Assembly (NCBI GenBank): GCA_900545005.1
Contig: UQXO01000007.1
Location: 11,126-75,125, forward strand
Direction of reading: 5' to 3'
Length of the DNA stretch: 64,000 nt
Source: an uncultured Mycoplasmatota bacterium
GTDB lineage: Bacteria > Bacillota_I > Bacilli_A > RF39 > UBA660
Shown here one piece after another: positions 16,743 to 26,012 of this stretch. The position numbers and the translations under genes are program-made. The notes under the pieces are model-generated. The model was not told the origin of the DNA, searched no databases, and saw only the letters and a program-made list of their open reading frames with translations. Position 1 is the first letter of the stretch; each line of letters opens with the position of its first letter.

Positions 16743-16766
16743 TAATTAGTCGAAAGAAGTATTGAT

Positions 16767-16843
16767 GGACCCTTAGCTCAATCGGTTAGAGCAATCGGCT
16801 CATAACCGATGGGTTGTAGGTTCGAGTCCTACAGGGTCCACCA
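16767..16843 (+). tRNA. tRNA with CAT anticodon (Met-type; sequence resembles lysidine-modified tRNA-Ile2 of Bacilli)
   Basis: Cloverleaf folded by hand: acceptor GGACCCT/AGGGTCC, anticodon stem ATCGG/CCGAT with loop CTCATAA, T-arm GTAGG-TTCGAGT-CCTAC, encoded CCA. Confidence 0.9.
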
Positions 16844-16855
16844 TTATAAATATTT

Positions 16856-16940
16856 GCGGGTATGGCGGAATTGGTAGACGCACTAGACTTAGGATCTAGC
16901 GGAGAGATCCATGGGGGTTCAAGTCCCTTTACCCGCACCA
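16856..16940 (+). tRNA. tRNA-Leu (TAG)
   Basis: 85 nt with a long variable arm. Anticodon stem CTAGA/TCTAG with loop CTTAGGA, T-loop GGTTCAAGTCC, encoded CCA. Confidence 0.9.
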
Positions 16941-16953
16941 ATTAAGATATTAA

Positions 16954-16979
16954 AGTCTCAAGTAATTGAGGCTTTTTTC
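16954..16979 (+). terminator. rho-independent terminator after the tRNA pair
   Basis: 8-bp stem AGTCTCAA/TTGAGGCT (one G-U pair), GTAA loop, TTTTTT. Confidence 0.6.
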
Positions 16980-17106
16980 TTTATTAAAATGATTTTAAAA
17001 AAATTATTTAACATAAAATGTCAAGTTTGGAAATATTTTGGAATTATTTGTAAAAAAGATTGAAAAAATCTTTGAACTTATGGTACTATTATAATAGGTG
17101 ATAGAT

Positions 17107-17637
17107 ATGAATATAGTGATTATAGTAGCAAAGAATTTATTAGAATATTTTAATTCTTTGAATGCTTATGATATGATATTTATGGGTGCAAATATTGTCT
17201 TAATGTTACTGATTGCTACTTTTATATATGTCTTAAAGATTAAAGATAATTCTGTAGTTAAAGAAGAAGTATTAACTGATACTAAAGATAGTGATATTTC
17301 TTTAGAGGCTTTAACTACTAAGTTACAAAATAATCCTCTTGTAAGAGAAGATTTAACTCCTTTTGAATCGGAAGAAGAGACTAAAGCTATTATTAGTTAT
17401 GATGAACTTATAAAGACTCAAAGTATTCCCGTCTTAAAATATAAAAACGAAGAAGAAATTAATGGCCTTTTAGTAAAAGCTATTGATGTTAATAATCTAA
17501 TTGAAACGATGGATCCTAAGCCTATTAGTCATCCCGTTACTTATAATGCTATGAAGAAAACTCATCGTGCTATTAGTGCTTTAAAAGAAGAAGAACTAGT
17601 TATTACTCTAAGAAAATTAGACAGTATTGATAAGTAG
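17107..17637 (+). CDS. hypothetical membrane-anchored protein
   Basis: AGGTGA RBS before ATG 17107. One N-terminal TM helix (IFMGANIVLMLLIATFIYVL) and an acidic soluble C-terminal part. Confidence 0.5.
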   Translation: MNIVIIVAKNLLEYFNSLNAYDMIFMGANIVLMLLIATFIYVLKIKDNSVVKEEVLTDTKDSDISLEALTTKLQNNPLVREDLTPFESEEETKAIISYDELIKTQSIPVLKYKNEEEINGLLVKAIDVNNLIETMDPKPISHPVTYNAMKKTHRAISALKEEELVITLRKLDSIDK

Positions 17638-17743
17638 ATAATTCTACTTATTTTTTTATGTCTTTGGAAACTAAAATTCTAAGGATAGACCGTGAAGAAA
17701 TGTCTTATCATTAAATTATAAAAAAATACTGATATTATCAGTA

Positions 17744-18193
17744 TCATTTGAACTTTTTAATATCAGTTCTAGAAGCCATATAATCCATAGAAATATTATA
17801 GACTTTACAAATACAATAAAGATTTGTAGTAGAGATTAAATTATAACCCGTTTCATAATGGCTATAAGTAGTCTGTGATAGACCACAACTACTGGCAAAT
17901 TTTTCTTGAGATAAGCCTAGTTCTTTACGAGTTTTCTTAAGATTTCTACTAATCGCACTTTTAGAAATTCTATTCTGAAGTTTAGAAGGATAGTTCTTTT
18001 TACTAAGACCAACGGCATAGTCTAGCGAATAATTATATTTTTCACAGAACTCCATTAACTTTTCTAATGGAATAGGATCATTAGCTGTTTCCCAACCAGA
18101 TACGGTTTTCCGACTTACCCCTAAAATGTTACCTAGTTGTGCTTGGGTCATCCCTAATTTTTCTCGACACCATTTCAAATTATTACCTAACAT
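17744..18193 (-). CDS. transcriptional regulator with two tandem XRE/Cro-C1 HTH domains
   Basis: Two HTH units (LGMTQAQLGNILGVSRKTVSGWE and LGLSQEKFASSCGLSQTTYSHYE). GGTGAT RBS before ATG at 18193. About 50% identical to the neighbour at 18290..18736. Confidence 0.75.
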   Translation of the reverse strand: MLGNNLKWCREKLGMTQAQLGNILGVSRKTVSGWETANDPIPLEKLMEFCEKYNYSLDYAVGLSKKNYPSKLQNRISKSAISRNLKKTRKELGLSQEKFASSCGLSQTTYSHYETGYNLISTTNLYCICKVYNISMDYMASRTDIKKFK

Positions 18194-18289
18194 ATTAAAT
18201 ATCACCAGACACATTTTCTCAAATAATTAGAAACTTTTAAAGATATATCTGGACAATATATTAAAAATCAAAAGATATTTATTAGTAAC

Positions 18290-18736
18290 TTATTTACAAA
18301 ACATATTATTAGTGCGGTTAACTATATAATCCATAGAAATATTATAAGTTTTACATAAGTAATAAAGATTAGTAGTAGTTATTAAGTATTTACCAGTCTC
18401 ATAACCACTATAAGTAGTCTGAGGAAGTTTACACTCATCAGAAAGCACTTGTTGGGAGATATTACGACTCTTACGAAACTTCTTTAGATTTTTACTTATT
18501 AAAGCTCGGTTGATTTTAAAGGGACCGTAATGCTTATTTTTTCTTGTTAAACCACAGACGAAATCTAAGGAATAATTATATTCACTACAAAACTTAGCTA
18601 GCTTGGAAAGTGGAATAGAAGAATTAGCATTTTCCCAAGCTCGAATAGAGGCATCACTAACTTCAAAAAACTTTCCTAATTGTTCTTGCGTAAGCTCTAA
18701 TTCCTCCCTACAATATCTTAAATTATTGTCAAACAT
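18290..18736 (-). CDS. transcriptional regulator with two tandem XRE/Cro-C1 HTH domains (paralog)
   Basis: LELTQEQLGKFFEVSDASIRAWE and RNISQQVLSDECKLPQTTYSGYE, with the same domain layout as 17744..18193. Confidence 0.75.
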   Translation of the reverse strand: MFDNNLRYCREELELTQEQLGKFFEVSDASIRAWENANSSIPLSKLAKFCSEYNYSLDFVCGLTRKNKHYGPFKINRALISKNLKKFRKSRNISQQVLSDECKLPQTTYSGYETGKYLITTTNLYYLCKTYNISMDYIVNRTNNMFCK

Positions 18737-18840
18737 TCTAATCACCAAGACAATTGTGCCATTAAAATAGTGAATATCTTGTAAAACCGAAGACTATCCG
18801 TTAAAAATATGATATACTTTAATTTAGAAGGAGAGTTTAT

Positions 18841-19173
18841 ATGAAGAAAGAAAGAATTAGTAGATTTATGTTAGACAAAATGCGGGAAAACAAAATAACA
18901 GACCGTGATTTAGCTATGGCTATAAGTGTTCCGGACTTTGTTATTAGTCTCTATTTAAAAGGAATAATAATGCCTAATATCTATGATTTAGAGTTGATTG
19001 CTTTTAAGTTAAATGTGAGTTTAAATGAACTTTTAGGAGGTTCAGAAGCTGATAAAGGTGATGATGATATGATTTATTATTATGCCTTAAAATCGCGAAA
19101 GAGAATAATTACGGCCATAATTATATATATTGTTCTTTTAATAGCAGCAATTATTGTAGCAATTATTGTATAA
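18841..19173 (+). CDS. XRE-like HTH protein with C-terminal transmembrane tail
   Basis: GAAGGAGAG RBS. N-terminal HTH-like region and C-terminal IITAIIIYIVLLIAAIIVAIIV helix. Divergent from the double-HTH genes and directly upstream of sigG. Confidence 0.6.
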   Translation: MKKERISRFMLDKMRENKITDRDLAMAISVPDFVISLYLKGIIMPNIYDLELIAFKLNVSLNELLGGSEADKGDDDMIYYYALKSRKRIITAIIIYIVLLIAAIIVAIIV

Positions 19174-19212
19174 ATACGAAGAAAATTGTCCATAATCTTC
19201 TTAGGTGATAAG

Positions 19213-19989
19213 ATGGGAAGATACAAAGTAGATATTGCAGGCATTAAGACTAGTGATTTAAAAGTTATCAGTAACGAAGAGATGAAAAATCTGTTTATTA
19301 AGATGCAAGCGGGAGACGCTTTAGCTAAAGAGACTATTATTAATGGTAATTTAAGACTAGTTTTATCTTTAGTACAACGTTTTGATAAGGGTAAATATAA
19401 TGTTGATGACTTATTTCAGATTGGTTGTGTTGGGTTAATTAAAGCAGTTGATAATTTTGATTTAAATTATAACTGTCTTTTTTCGACTTATGCCGTTCCT
19501 TTGATAATGGGGGAAATTAGAAGATTTATTAGAGATAATACTTCTTTAAGAATTAGTCGGAAAATTAAAGATAATGCTTATCGAATTTTAAAATATAAAG
19601 AAGAGTATATTAAAGAATATGATAAAGAACCATCTTGGGAAGAGATTGGTGCTGCTTTAGAGATTAGTTTATATGATATTAAAGATGCGATGGACAGTTT
19701 AGTAAATCCGGTAAGTATTTTTGAGCCTATTTATAATGATGGTGGGGATACGATTTATCTTTGCGATAAATTGTCGGATACAAGAAATGAAAGAACGGAT
19801 AAAGAGCTTTTGCTTACTTTGAAGAAGGCTATTTTAGGGTTAAAAAAAAGAGAACAGATTGTTCTTGAAGATCGATATGTGATGGGACACACCCAAGAAG
19901 AGATAGCGGCATCCTTAAATATTAGTCAAGCTCAGGTATCAAGAATTGAAAAGAGTGCTATTAGCACTCTTCGCCGAATTCTTAAATAA
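19213..19989 (+). CDS. sigG: RNA polymerase sporulation sigma factor SigG
   Basis: RYKVDIAGIKTSDLKVISNEEMKNLF, NGNLRLVLSLVQRF, FSTYAVPLIMGEIRRFIRD and PVSIFEPIYNDGGDTIYL closely follow my recollection of B. subtilis SigG. AGGTGA RBS before ATG 19213. Confidence 0.85.
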   Translation: MGRYKVDIAGIKTSDLKVISNEEMKNLFIKMQAGDALAKETIINGNLRLVLSLVQRFDKGKYNVDDLFQIGCVGLIKAVDNFDLNYNCLFSTYAVPLIMGEIRRFIRDNTSLRISRKIKDNAYRILKYKEEYIKEYDKEPSWEEIGAALEISLYDIKDAMDSLVNPVSIFEPIYNDGGDTIYLCDKLSDTRNERTDKELLLTLKKAILGLKKREQIVLEDRYVMGHTQEEIAASLNISQAQVSRIEKSAISTLRRILK

Positions 19990-20373
19990 CTATTTAGTTT
20001 TCTTATTTATTTCGTTTAAATTTAGATAAATCTTGTAGATAATCATAAGACTTTCAAAGGCCATTCTTAAAATTATATTACCTAAGACTAAAAGTAATAA
20101 GAAGAAAAGAAATGAAGTACCTATGTAACCAAAAGCACTAATAGTTAGATATAAACTACTAAAGATATAAGTAATCTTTAAAATAGGTTCCATAAAGAAA
20201 TTATTAAAGTGTAAATAATCATATAATCTTTTTAAGGGATTACTATAAGAAGCTTTGTTACGTTTATCCATAAATACGAAGTAAATAATGATGGTAGCAG
20301 CTAGAGCAATAATAAATGCTATTAATTTAAAATTGTAAACATTACTAGTTTTATATAGTTCGTAATCGTACAT
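19990..20373 (-). CDS. hypothetical integral membrane protein
   Basis: AAAGGA RBS before ATG at 20373. Three predicted TM helices. Its stop codon abuts the sigG stop. Confidence 0.5.
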   Translation of the reverse strand: MYDYELYKTSNVYNFKLIAFIIALAATIIIYFVFMDKRNKASYSNPLKRLYDYLHFNNFFMEPILKITYIFSSLYLTISAFGYIGTSFLFFLLLLVLGNIILRMAFESLMIIYKIYLNLNEINKKTK

Positions 20374-20445
20374 AATAATCGTCCTTTCCAAGGTTATTTT
20401 AGCAAAAAATAATTGTTCATGCAATATAATTAAATAGGTGATATT

Positions 20446-20676
20446 ATGCGTTTATCAGATTTACAAAGTAAAGATATTGTTAATATTAATGATGGAAAGA
20501 AAATTGGGCGAATTATTGATGCTAGTATTAATGATACAGGGATGATTGAATACCTAAGTATTGAAAGATTTCGCGGGATAAATGGGCTTTTTAATAAAGA
20601 TAATGAGACTACCATTACTTTTAAACAGATAAAAAGAATAGGCGAAGATGTTATTTTAGTTGATATTGTGGTATAA
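20446..20676 (+). CDS. YlmC/YmxH-family sporulation protein (PRC-barrel)
   Basis: MRLSDLQSKDIVNINDGKKIGRIIDASINDTGMIEYLSIE matches the YlmC/YmxH pattern. Confidence 0.8.
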   Translation: MRLSDLQSKDIVNINDGKKIGRIIDASINDTGMIEYLSIERFRGINGLFNKDNETTITFKQIKRIGEDVILVDIVV

Positions 20677-20692
20677 TACCTATGTGATTTTG

Positions 20693-21145
20693 ATGGAAAT
20701 AAGTGTAATTATAAGTATTATTTTAGTTATTATTGATCAATTGATTAAGTTTTTAATTGCTAAGAATGTTATGTTTATAGAAGTAATTCCCCATATTTTT
20801 AATATTCATAGAGTCTATAATTATGGGGTAGCCTTTAGTTTTTTAGAAAATAAACTATATTTAGTCCTTGGTATTAGTATGGTTTTAATCTTTTTTCTTT
20901 TTAATATGCATAAAGATTTACCTAAGACTAAAAAATATGATATATTATTTGGAGTTATCTATGGAGGTATTTTTGGTAATTTAATAGATAGAGTTATTCA
21001 TGGTTATGTTATTGATTACTTAGAAGTGTTTATTTTTAAGTATAGTTTTCCCATCTTTAATTTAGCTGATATATGTATAACTTTAGGAATTTTAATATTA
21101 CTTGTAAGTATGATGGGGGATAGAAATGATAGTAGAAGTAAATGA
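20693..21145 (+). CDS. lspA: lipoprotein signal peptidase II
   Basis: IIDQLIK, YNYGVAFSF and FNLADICITLG motifs. Start is uncertain between 20660 and 20693. Confidence 0.85.
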   Translation: MEISVIISIILVIIDQLIKFLIAKNVMFIEVIPHIFNIHRVYNYGVAFSFLENKLYLVLGISMVLIFFLFNMHKDLPKTKKYDILFGVIYGGIFGNLIDRVIHGYVIDYLEVFIFKYSFPIFNLADICITLGILILLVSMMGDRNDSRSK

Positions 21146-22016
21146 TATAAGAATAGATAAATATGTAACAGAACATACTAATTATTCCAGAAATTTGGTT
21201 TTAAATCTTCTTAAGAGTGGGAATATTTTAGTTAATGATAAAATTGTTAAACCTAGTTATAAAGTACATTCTAAAGATATAATAACTATTAAGGATGTAA
21301 AGAGACCTACGGATGAGATTATTCCTTGGGATTATCCTTTAGATATTGTTTATGAAGATGATGATATTATTATAGTTAATAAACCTTCGGGAATGGTTGT
21401 GCATCCTGGAGCTGGGAATAAAGATCATACTCTTGTTAATGCCCTAAAGTATCATACAGATAAACTTTCTGATATTAATGGGATTGAAAGACTAGGGATA
21501 GTTCATCGGATTGATAAAGATACTTCGGGACTTATTATTGTGGCTAAGACTAATAAAGCTCATGAAATCTTAGGCGAGTATTTTAAGAATCATAGTATTA
21601 AAAGAGAATATATTGCTCTTTTATGTGGGGTTTTACCTCATGATACGGCTACAATTGATGCTCCCATTGGAAGAGATGAGAAAAATAGACTTAGAATGAC
21701 AGTTACTCCTAATAATAGTAAAAGGGCCATTACTCATTTACAAGTATTAAAAAGATATAAAGACTATACCCTAGTAAAAGCTAGATTAGAAACAGGAAGA
21801 ACTCATCAGATTAGGGTTCATACTAAGTATATTGGGTATCCGGTTTATAATGATCCTGTATATGCTTCTAAGAGTGAGGGTGATTTTGGCCAGTTTTTAC
21901 ATTCTTATAGTATGGAATTTATTCATCCCCTTACGAAAAAAAAGATGTATTTTAAAAGAGAAGTTCCTAAATACTTTAAAGATTTTTTAGATAAGTTAGA
22001 AAAGGAAGAATTATAA
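21126..22016 (+). CDS. rluD: 23S rRNA pseudouridine synthase, RluD family
   Basis: N-terminal S4 domain and the catalytic HRIDKDTSGLIIVAKT motif. lspA-rluD synteny as in Bacilli. Confidence 0.9.
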   Translation: MIVEVNDIRIDKYVTEHTNYSRNLVLNLLKSGNILVNDKIVKPSYKVHSKDIITIKDVKRPTDEIIPWDYPLDIVYEDDDIIIVNKPSGMVVHPGAGNKDHTLVNALKYHTDKLSDINGIERLGIVHRIDKDTSGLIIVAKTNKAHEILGEYFKNHSIKREYIALLCGVLPHDTATIDAPIGRDEKNRLRMTVTPNNSKRAITHLQVLKRYKDYTLVKARLETGRTHQIRVHTKYIGYPVYNDPVYASKSEGDFGQFLHSYSMEFIHPLTKKKMYFKREVPKYFKDFLDKLEKEEL

Positions 22017-22334
22017 CTTAAAGATGAGGATATTAAGAAAATAAAAGTTAAAAAGAAGATAAGGAATACTAAGAAGAAAGTGTTTTAAAGATATTTTTTT
22101 AAGTTCTAAAGACATACAAATACTATTGATAAGGGTAAGAAAAGTAAATATTAAAGATAAGTAATAATCACTAAAATAGTAGTAAAATAAAAGAATACTA
22201 ATTAAGAGAATAGAATTACTTAGAATAAAATAAGCCGTATCATTGGTAAATAAATTATAATAAAGAATACTAATTAATGAAAAATTAAGAAGAGCAAAAG
22301 AAATTATAAAAAAAGAAATAGTAATAGTGGTCAT
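22011..22334 (-). CDS. hypothetical small membrane protein
   Basis: 107 aa, very hydrophobic, no motif recognised. Confidence 0.35.
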   Translation of the reverse strand: MTTITISFFIISFALLNFSLISILYYNLFTNDTAYFILSNSILLISILLFYYYFSDYYLSLIFTFLTLINSICMSLELKKISLKHFLLSIPYLLFNFYFLNILIFKL

Positions 22335-22380
22335 AAAATCTCCTTTACTAATTCTATGAAGTATAATAAAATAATAGAAG

Positions 22381-23514
22381 GTGGTTACATTGAGTACAAT
22401 TAGTATGGATAAAAAAGATGAAATTGTTATGAGATTAGTACATTTTTTAGTTACTAAAGAAAATTATACTCCTATAGTTGTTAATGGGGTAAAGAATGAA
22501 GTATGGTTAGAAAATGTCGAAGGACCATATAAAATCATTAGAATTAATTCTAATTATATTCATAATAAAGAACAATATAATTTTGATATTTATAAGACTA
22601 GTAATGTGGCTAAACAGATAAAGAAGAAGACTTTGTCTTGGAAGGTTAATGTCTTAAATATTTTTTTAGATTTAAATGATAGTGTTAAATTAAATAGTTT
22701 TAGTAATATTGATAATATTAGAGTAAGTGATACAAAGGACTTAGTCCATAATAATATTGTTGTCGATGCGTTTCCTAATATTGAAAAAGATATAATTAAT
22801 ACGGAAGATGAGGTTGACTTAATAGTTAATGTTACTAATGATATAAATAGTAAGACGGCTAAAGAAAATAAAAAGTATGAAGAAGTATTTAGACCTAAAA
22901 AAATTATTATTACTTATGCTTTGATTGCTATTTGTACACTGATTTATATTTTACAAATTATCTTTCCTGCAATTAATACTTTATTTGCCGTTAATGGAAC
23001 CTTAGTAAGACAAGGACAAGTATATCGTTTAGTAACGGGAATCTTCTTACATGGTTCGATTTGGCACTTATTATGTAATATGTATTCATTATATGTTATT
23101 GGGTGTGCAACGGAGAATTATTTTGGGAAAAGAAAGTTTATTCTTATCTACTTAGCTAGTGGCATTATTGGTTCTATGTTTTCTTGTATCTTTAATACCG
23201 GTTGGTCGCTAGGAGCTAGTGGGGCCATCTTTGGCCTTATGGGAGCGTTATGTTATTTTGGTTATTATTATCGTCTTTATATGGGTAAAGCCCTATATAA
23301 TGATATAATTCCGGTTATTATCCTAAATCTAGGACTTAGTTTAGTTCTTTCTAATATTGATTTTTATGCTCATATAGGAGGGCTAATTGGGGGAGTCTTT
23401 ATAACTATGGGTCTTGGTATTAAGAATAAAACGGATAGACAAAGTAGTATTAATGGTTGGATTACTTTTAGTATCTTAGTATTATTTCTAATATATATGT
23501 TGTTTTTTAGATAG
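22381..23514 (+). CDS. rhomboid-family intramembrane serine protease (GluP/YqgP-like)
   Basis: Cytosolic N-domain plus a rhomboid core with GASGAIFGLMG (catalytic Ser) and HIGGLIGG (catalytic His). The start may be TTG 22390, downstream of a GAAGGTGG RBS. Confidence 0.85.
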   Translation: MVTLSTISMDKKDEIVMRLVHFLVTKENYTPIVVNGVKNEVWLENVEGPYKIIRINSNYIHNKEQYNFDIYKTSNVAKQIKKKTLSWKVNVLNIFLDLNDSVKLNSFSNIDNIRVSDTKDLVHNNIVVDAFPNIEKDIINTEDEVDLIVNVTNDINSKTAKENKKYEEVFRPKKIIITYALIAICTLIYILQIIFPAINTLFAVNGTLVRQGQVYRLVTGIFLHGSIWHLLCNMYSLYVIGCATENYFGKRKFILIYLASGIIGSMFSCIFNTGWSLGASGAIFGLMGALCYFGYYYRLYMGKALYNDIIPVIILNLGLSLVLSNIDFYAHIGGLIGGVFITMGLGIKNKTDRQSSINGWITFSILVLFLIYMLFFR

Positions 23515-23539
23515 CTATATTTCATAATATAGTTTTTTT
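23515..23539 (+). terminator. rho-independent terminator after the rhomboid gene
   Basis: Stem CTATATT/AATATAG, 4-nt loop, TTTTTTT. Confidence 0.55.
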
Positions 23540-23608
23540 CTTTTTCTAAGATATATTCTAGTAAGTTTTAATTAATTTTGATATGATAATAAAGAAGAAG
23601 TGATTGTG

Positions 23609-25951
23609 ATGGAAAGATATAATCCCGATTATAAAATGGGACTTAATGAAGAACAAATTAAGGAAAGAATTCTAAATAACTTAGTAAATTTTAATGATGT
23701 TCCCCCGACGAAGACTATAAAACAGATTATCATTAGTAATTTTTGTACTTATTTTAATTTTCTTAATCTTTTATTAGGAGGAATGATTCTCGGAGCTGGT
23801 ATTTATGGTCATCAAATAATAGATGGTCTTAAGAATTGTTTATTTATGGGAGTTATTTTAGCCAATAGTGTTATAAGTACCATTCAAGAAGTAATTTCTA
23901 AGAAGATTATTGATAAATTGTCAGTTTTATCAGAATCGAAAGTTTTAAGTATTAGAGAGGGAAAAGAAGTATTACTTAAAGTTGATGAGATACTTTTAGA
24001 TGATTGTCTTTTATATAAGATGGGTAATCAAGTAGTCGTTGATAGCATAATTCTTAATGGAACAGTAGAAGTTAATGAATCTTTTATTACGGGAGAATCG
24101 AAAAGTATTGTTAAAAAGACTGGTGATATGTTATTATCAGGAAGTTTTATTAGTAGTGGGGCTTGTTATGCGAAAGTAGAGCATATTGGTTCGGATAATT
24201 ATATTGCTAAGATAAGTAAAGAAGCTAAGTATGAGAAAAAGGCTGATTCTGTGATTATGAATTCTTTTGAAGGATTATTAAAAGTCTTATCGATAGTTAT
24301 TATTCCAGTTGGAATTTTACTTCTTTATAATCAATTAGAAGTTACTAACTATGATATTACGGCTTCCATATTTAATACCGTCGGAGCTTTAATAGGAATG
24401 ATTCCGGAAGGACTTCTTTTACTTACTAGTTCCGTTATGGCCGTAAGTGTAGCTCGTCTAGCCAAATATAATGTCTTAGTACAACAATTATATTGTATTG
24501 AAACATTAGCACGAGTAGATGTTATTTGTCTTGATAAGACGGGTACTATTACTTCGGGAGAAATGGATATTCATAAGATAGTAACTATTAAAGAAGATAA
24601 GAATTCTATAGATGAGGTATTAAGTAATTTTTGTTATGCTTTTAAGAGTATTAATGATACTATGAATTCTCTTAGAAGTAAGTATCCTCATAAAGGTTCT
24701 TGGGAAGTAGAAAGTGTTACGGAGTTTTCTTCTAGTAGAAAGTATAGTGCTGTTAAGTTTAAAGATAGGGGTTTATTCTATTTAGGAGCACCTGAATTTG
24801 TTTTGAAGAGTAAGACTAAAGAGTATAGTCATATTCTTGATGAGTATAGTGATTATAGAGTATTAGTGCTGGCTAGAAGAATAGATACTCCTAATGACTT
24901 AGAAGTCTTAGGATTTATAATTTTAGCTGATACCATTAGAAAAGAAGCTCCTGATACGTTAAAATATTTTAAAGACCAGGGTGTTAATGTTAAGATTATT
25001 AGTGGAGATAACTTTAAGACTGTTACTTCTATTGCTAGAAGAGCAGGACTTGTAGATGCTAATGGCGTCGATGCTAGAACCTTAAATATAGATAATATTG
25101 ATGAAGCCGTTAAGAAATATGATGTCTTTGGACGAGTTACTCCTGAGCAGAAAAAGATGATTATTATAGCGTTACAAAGACAAGGACATACGGTGGCGAT
25201 GACCGGAGATGGTGTTAATGATGTTTTAGCGTTAAAATGTGCTGATTGCGGTGTAGCCATGGCTAGTGGTACTGATGCGGCTAAAAATGTTAGTCAATTA
25301 GTTTTATTAGATTCTAATTTTGCCTCGTTACCAGAAGTAGTAGGAGAAGGAAGACGAACTATTAATAATGTGGAAAGATCAGCATCTTTACTACTTATTA
25401 AGACTATTTTTACTTCTATTTTAGTTTGTGTTTGTATTTTAACTAAAGTTGAATATTTCTATTTACCTATTCAGTTAAGTTTAATTACTACCTGTACCAT
25501 TAGTGTTCCCTCTTTCTTCTTAGCCTTAGAACCTAATCATAATTTAGTTAAGGGTAATTTAATGTTAAAGGTAGTTAGTAAGAGTATTCCTCCGGCTTTA
25601 ACCGTAGTATTTAATGTAATTATGATTACTTTATTTAGTAAAGCTTTTAATATAGATAGTAATTTAACTAGCACTTTAATAGTTATAATGACAGGAACAA
25701 CCGGGTTTATCAATTTATCAAGAATCTCTAGACCATTTAATGTCTATAGAACTATACTTTATACCATATTATTAGGACTCTATATATATATTATTTTCTT
25801 TCATAGTTCATTCTTTTATTTAAGTCAAATTAATTTTAATACTATTCTTTTATATATTGTTTTCTATATATGTAGTATATGGGTCTTTGATAAATTAAAT
25901 CTAATAATTAATTACATTCTAAAGACTTTTGATAAATCTTATGAAGGATAA
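23609..25951 (+). CDS. cation-transporting P-type ATPase
   Basis: DKTGTIT phosphorylation site, TGES actuator motif, TGDGVNDVLALK hinge and about 10 TM segments. Confidence 0.9.
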   Translation: MERYNPDYKMGLNEEQIKERILNNLVNFNDVPPTKTIKQIIISNFCTYFNFLNLLLGGMILGAGIYGHQIIDGLKNCLFMGVILANSVISTIQEVISKKIIDKLSVLSESKVLSIREGKEVLLKVDEILLDDCLLYKMGNQVVVDSIILNGTVEVNESFITGESKSIVKKTGDMLLSGSFISSGACYAKVEHIGSDNYIAKISKEAKYEKKADSVIMNSFEGLLKVLSIVIIPVGILLLYNQLEVTNYDITASIFNTVGALIGMIPEGLLLLTSSVMAVSVARLAKYNVLVQQLYCIETLARVDVICLDKTGTITSGEMDIHKIVTIKEDKNSIDEVLSNFCYAFKSINDTMNSLRSKYPHKGSWEVESVTEFSSSRKYSAVKFKDRGLFYLGAPEFVLKSKTKEYSHILDEYSDYRVLVLARRIDTPNDLEVLGFIILADTIRKEAPDTLKYFKDQGVNVKIISGDNFKTVTSIARRAGLVDANGVDARTLNIDNIDEAVKKYDVFGRVTPEQKKMIIIALQRQGHTVAMTGDGVNDVLALKCADCGVAMASGTDAAKNVSQLVLLDSNFASLPEVVGEGRRTINNVERSASLLLIKTIFTSILVCVCILTKVEYFYLPIQLSLITTCTISVPSFFLALEPNHNLVKGNLMLKVVSKSIPPALTVVFNVIMITLFSKAFNIDSNLTSTLIVIMTGTTGFINLSRISRPFNVYRTILYTILLGLYIYIIFFHSSFFYLSQINFNTILLYIVFYICSIWVFDKLNLIINYILKTFDKSYEG

Positions 25952-26012
25952 ATTTAGTCTTTAAATAATTATTATTTTATGATATATTTAAATAGTATAG
26001 AAGGGTATAAAA

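Noticed and set aside
16856-19173. Integrated element at tRNA-Leu: the tRNA is followed by an unknown membrane protein and several Xre-type regulators.
   Set aside because: There is no integrase, no replication or structural genes, and I could not find a direct repeat of the tRNA 3' end downstream. At most it is a decayed relic, and it is reported only as context in a finding.
20430-20615. Further small overlapping ORFs: 20430..20615 -, 30565..30750 +, 41452..41649 -, 42170..42355 +, 45126..45344 -, 47431..47625 + and 51244..51546 -.
   Set aside because: Each is embedded in or antisense to a confidently assigned gene (ylmC, nifJ, mtaB, 42019, the deacetylase, yrzB, U32/greA), with no independent signals.
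24853-25260. 135-aa antisense ORF inside the P-type ATPase gene.
   Set aside because: It lies opposite the most conserved, relatively GC-richer part of the ATPase (the TGDGVND region), and its Ala/Ser/Thr/Pro-rich translation is typical of shadow frames.
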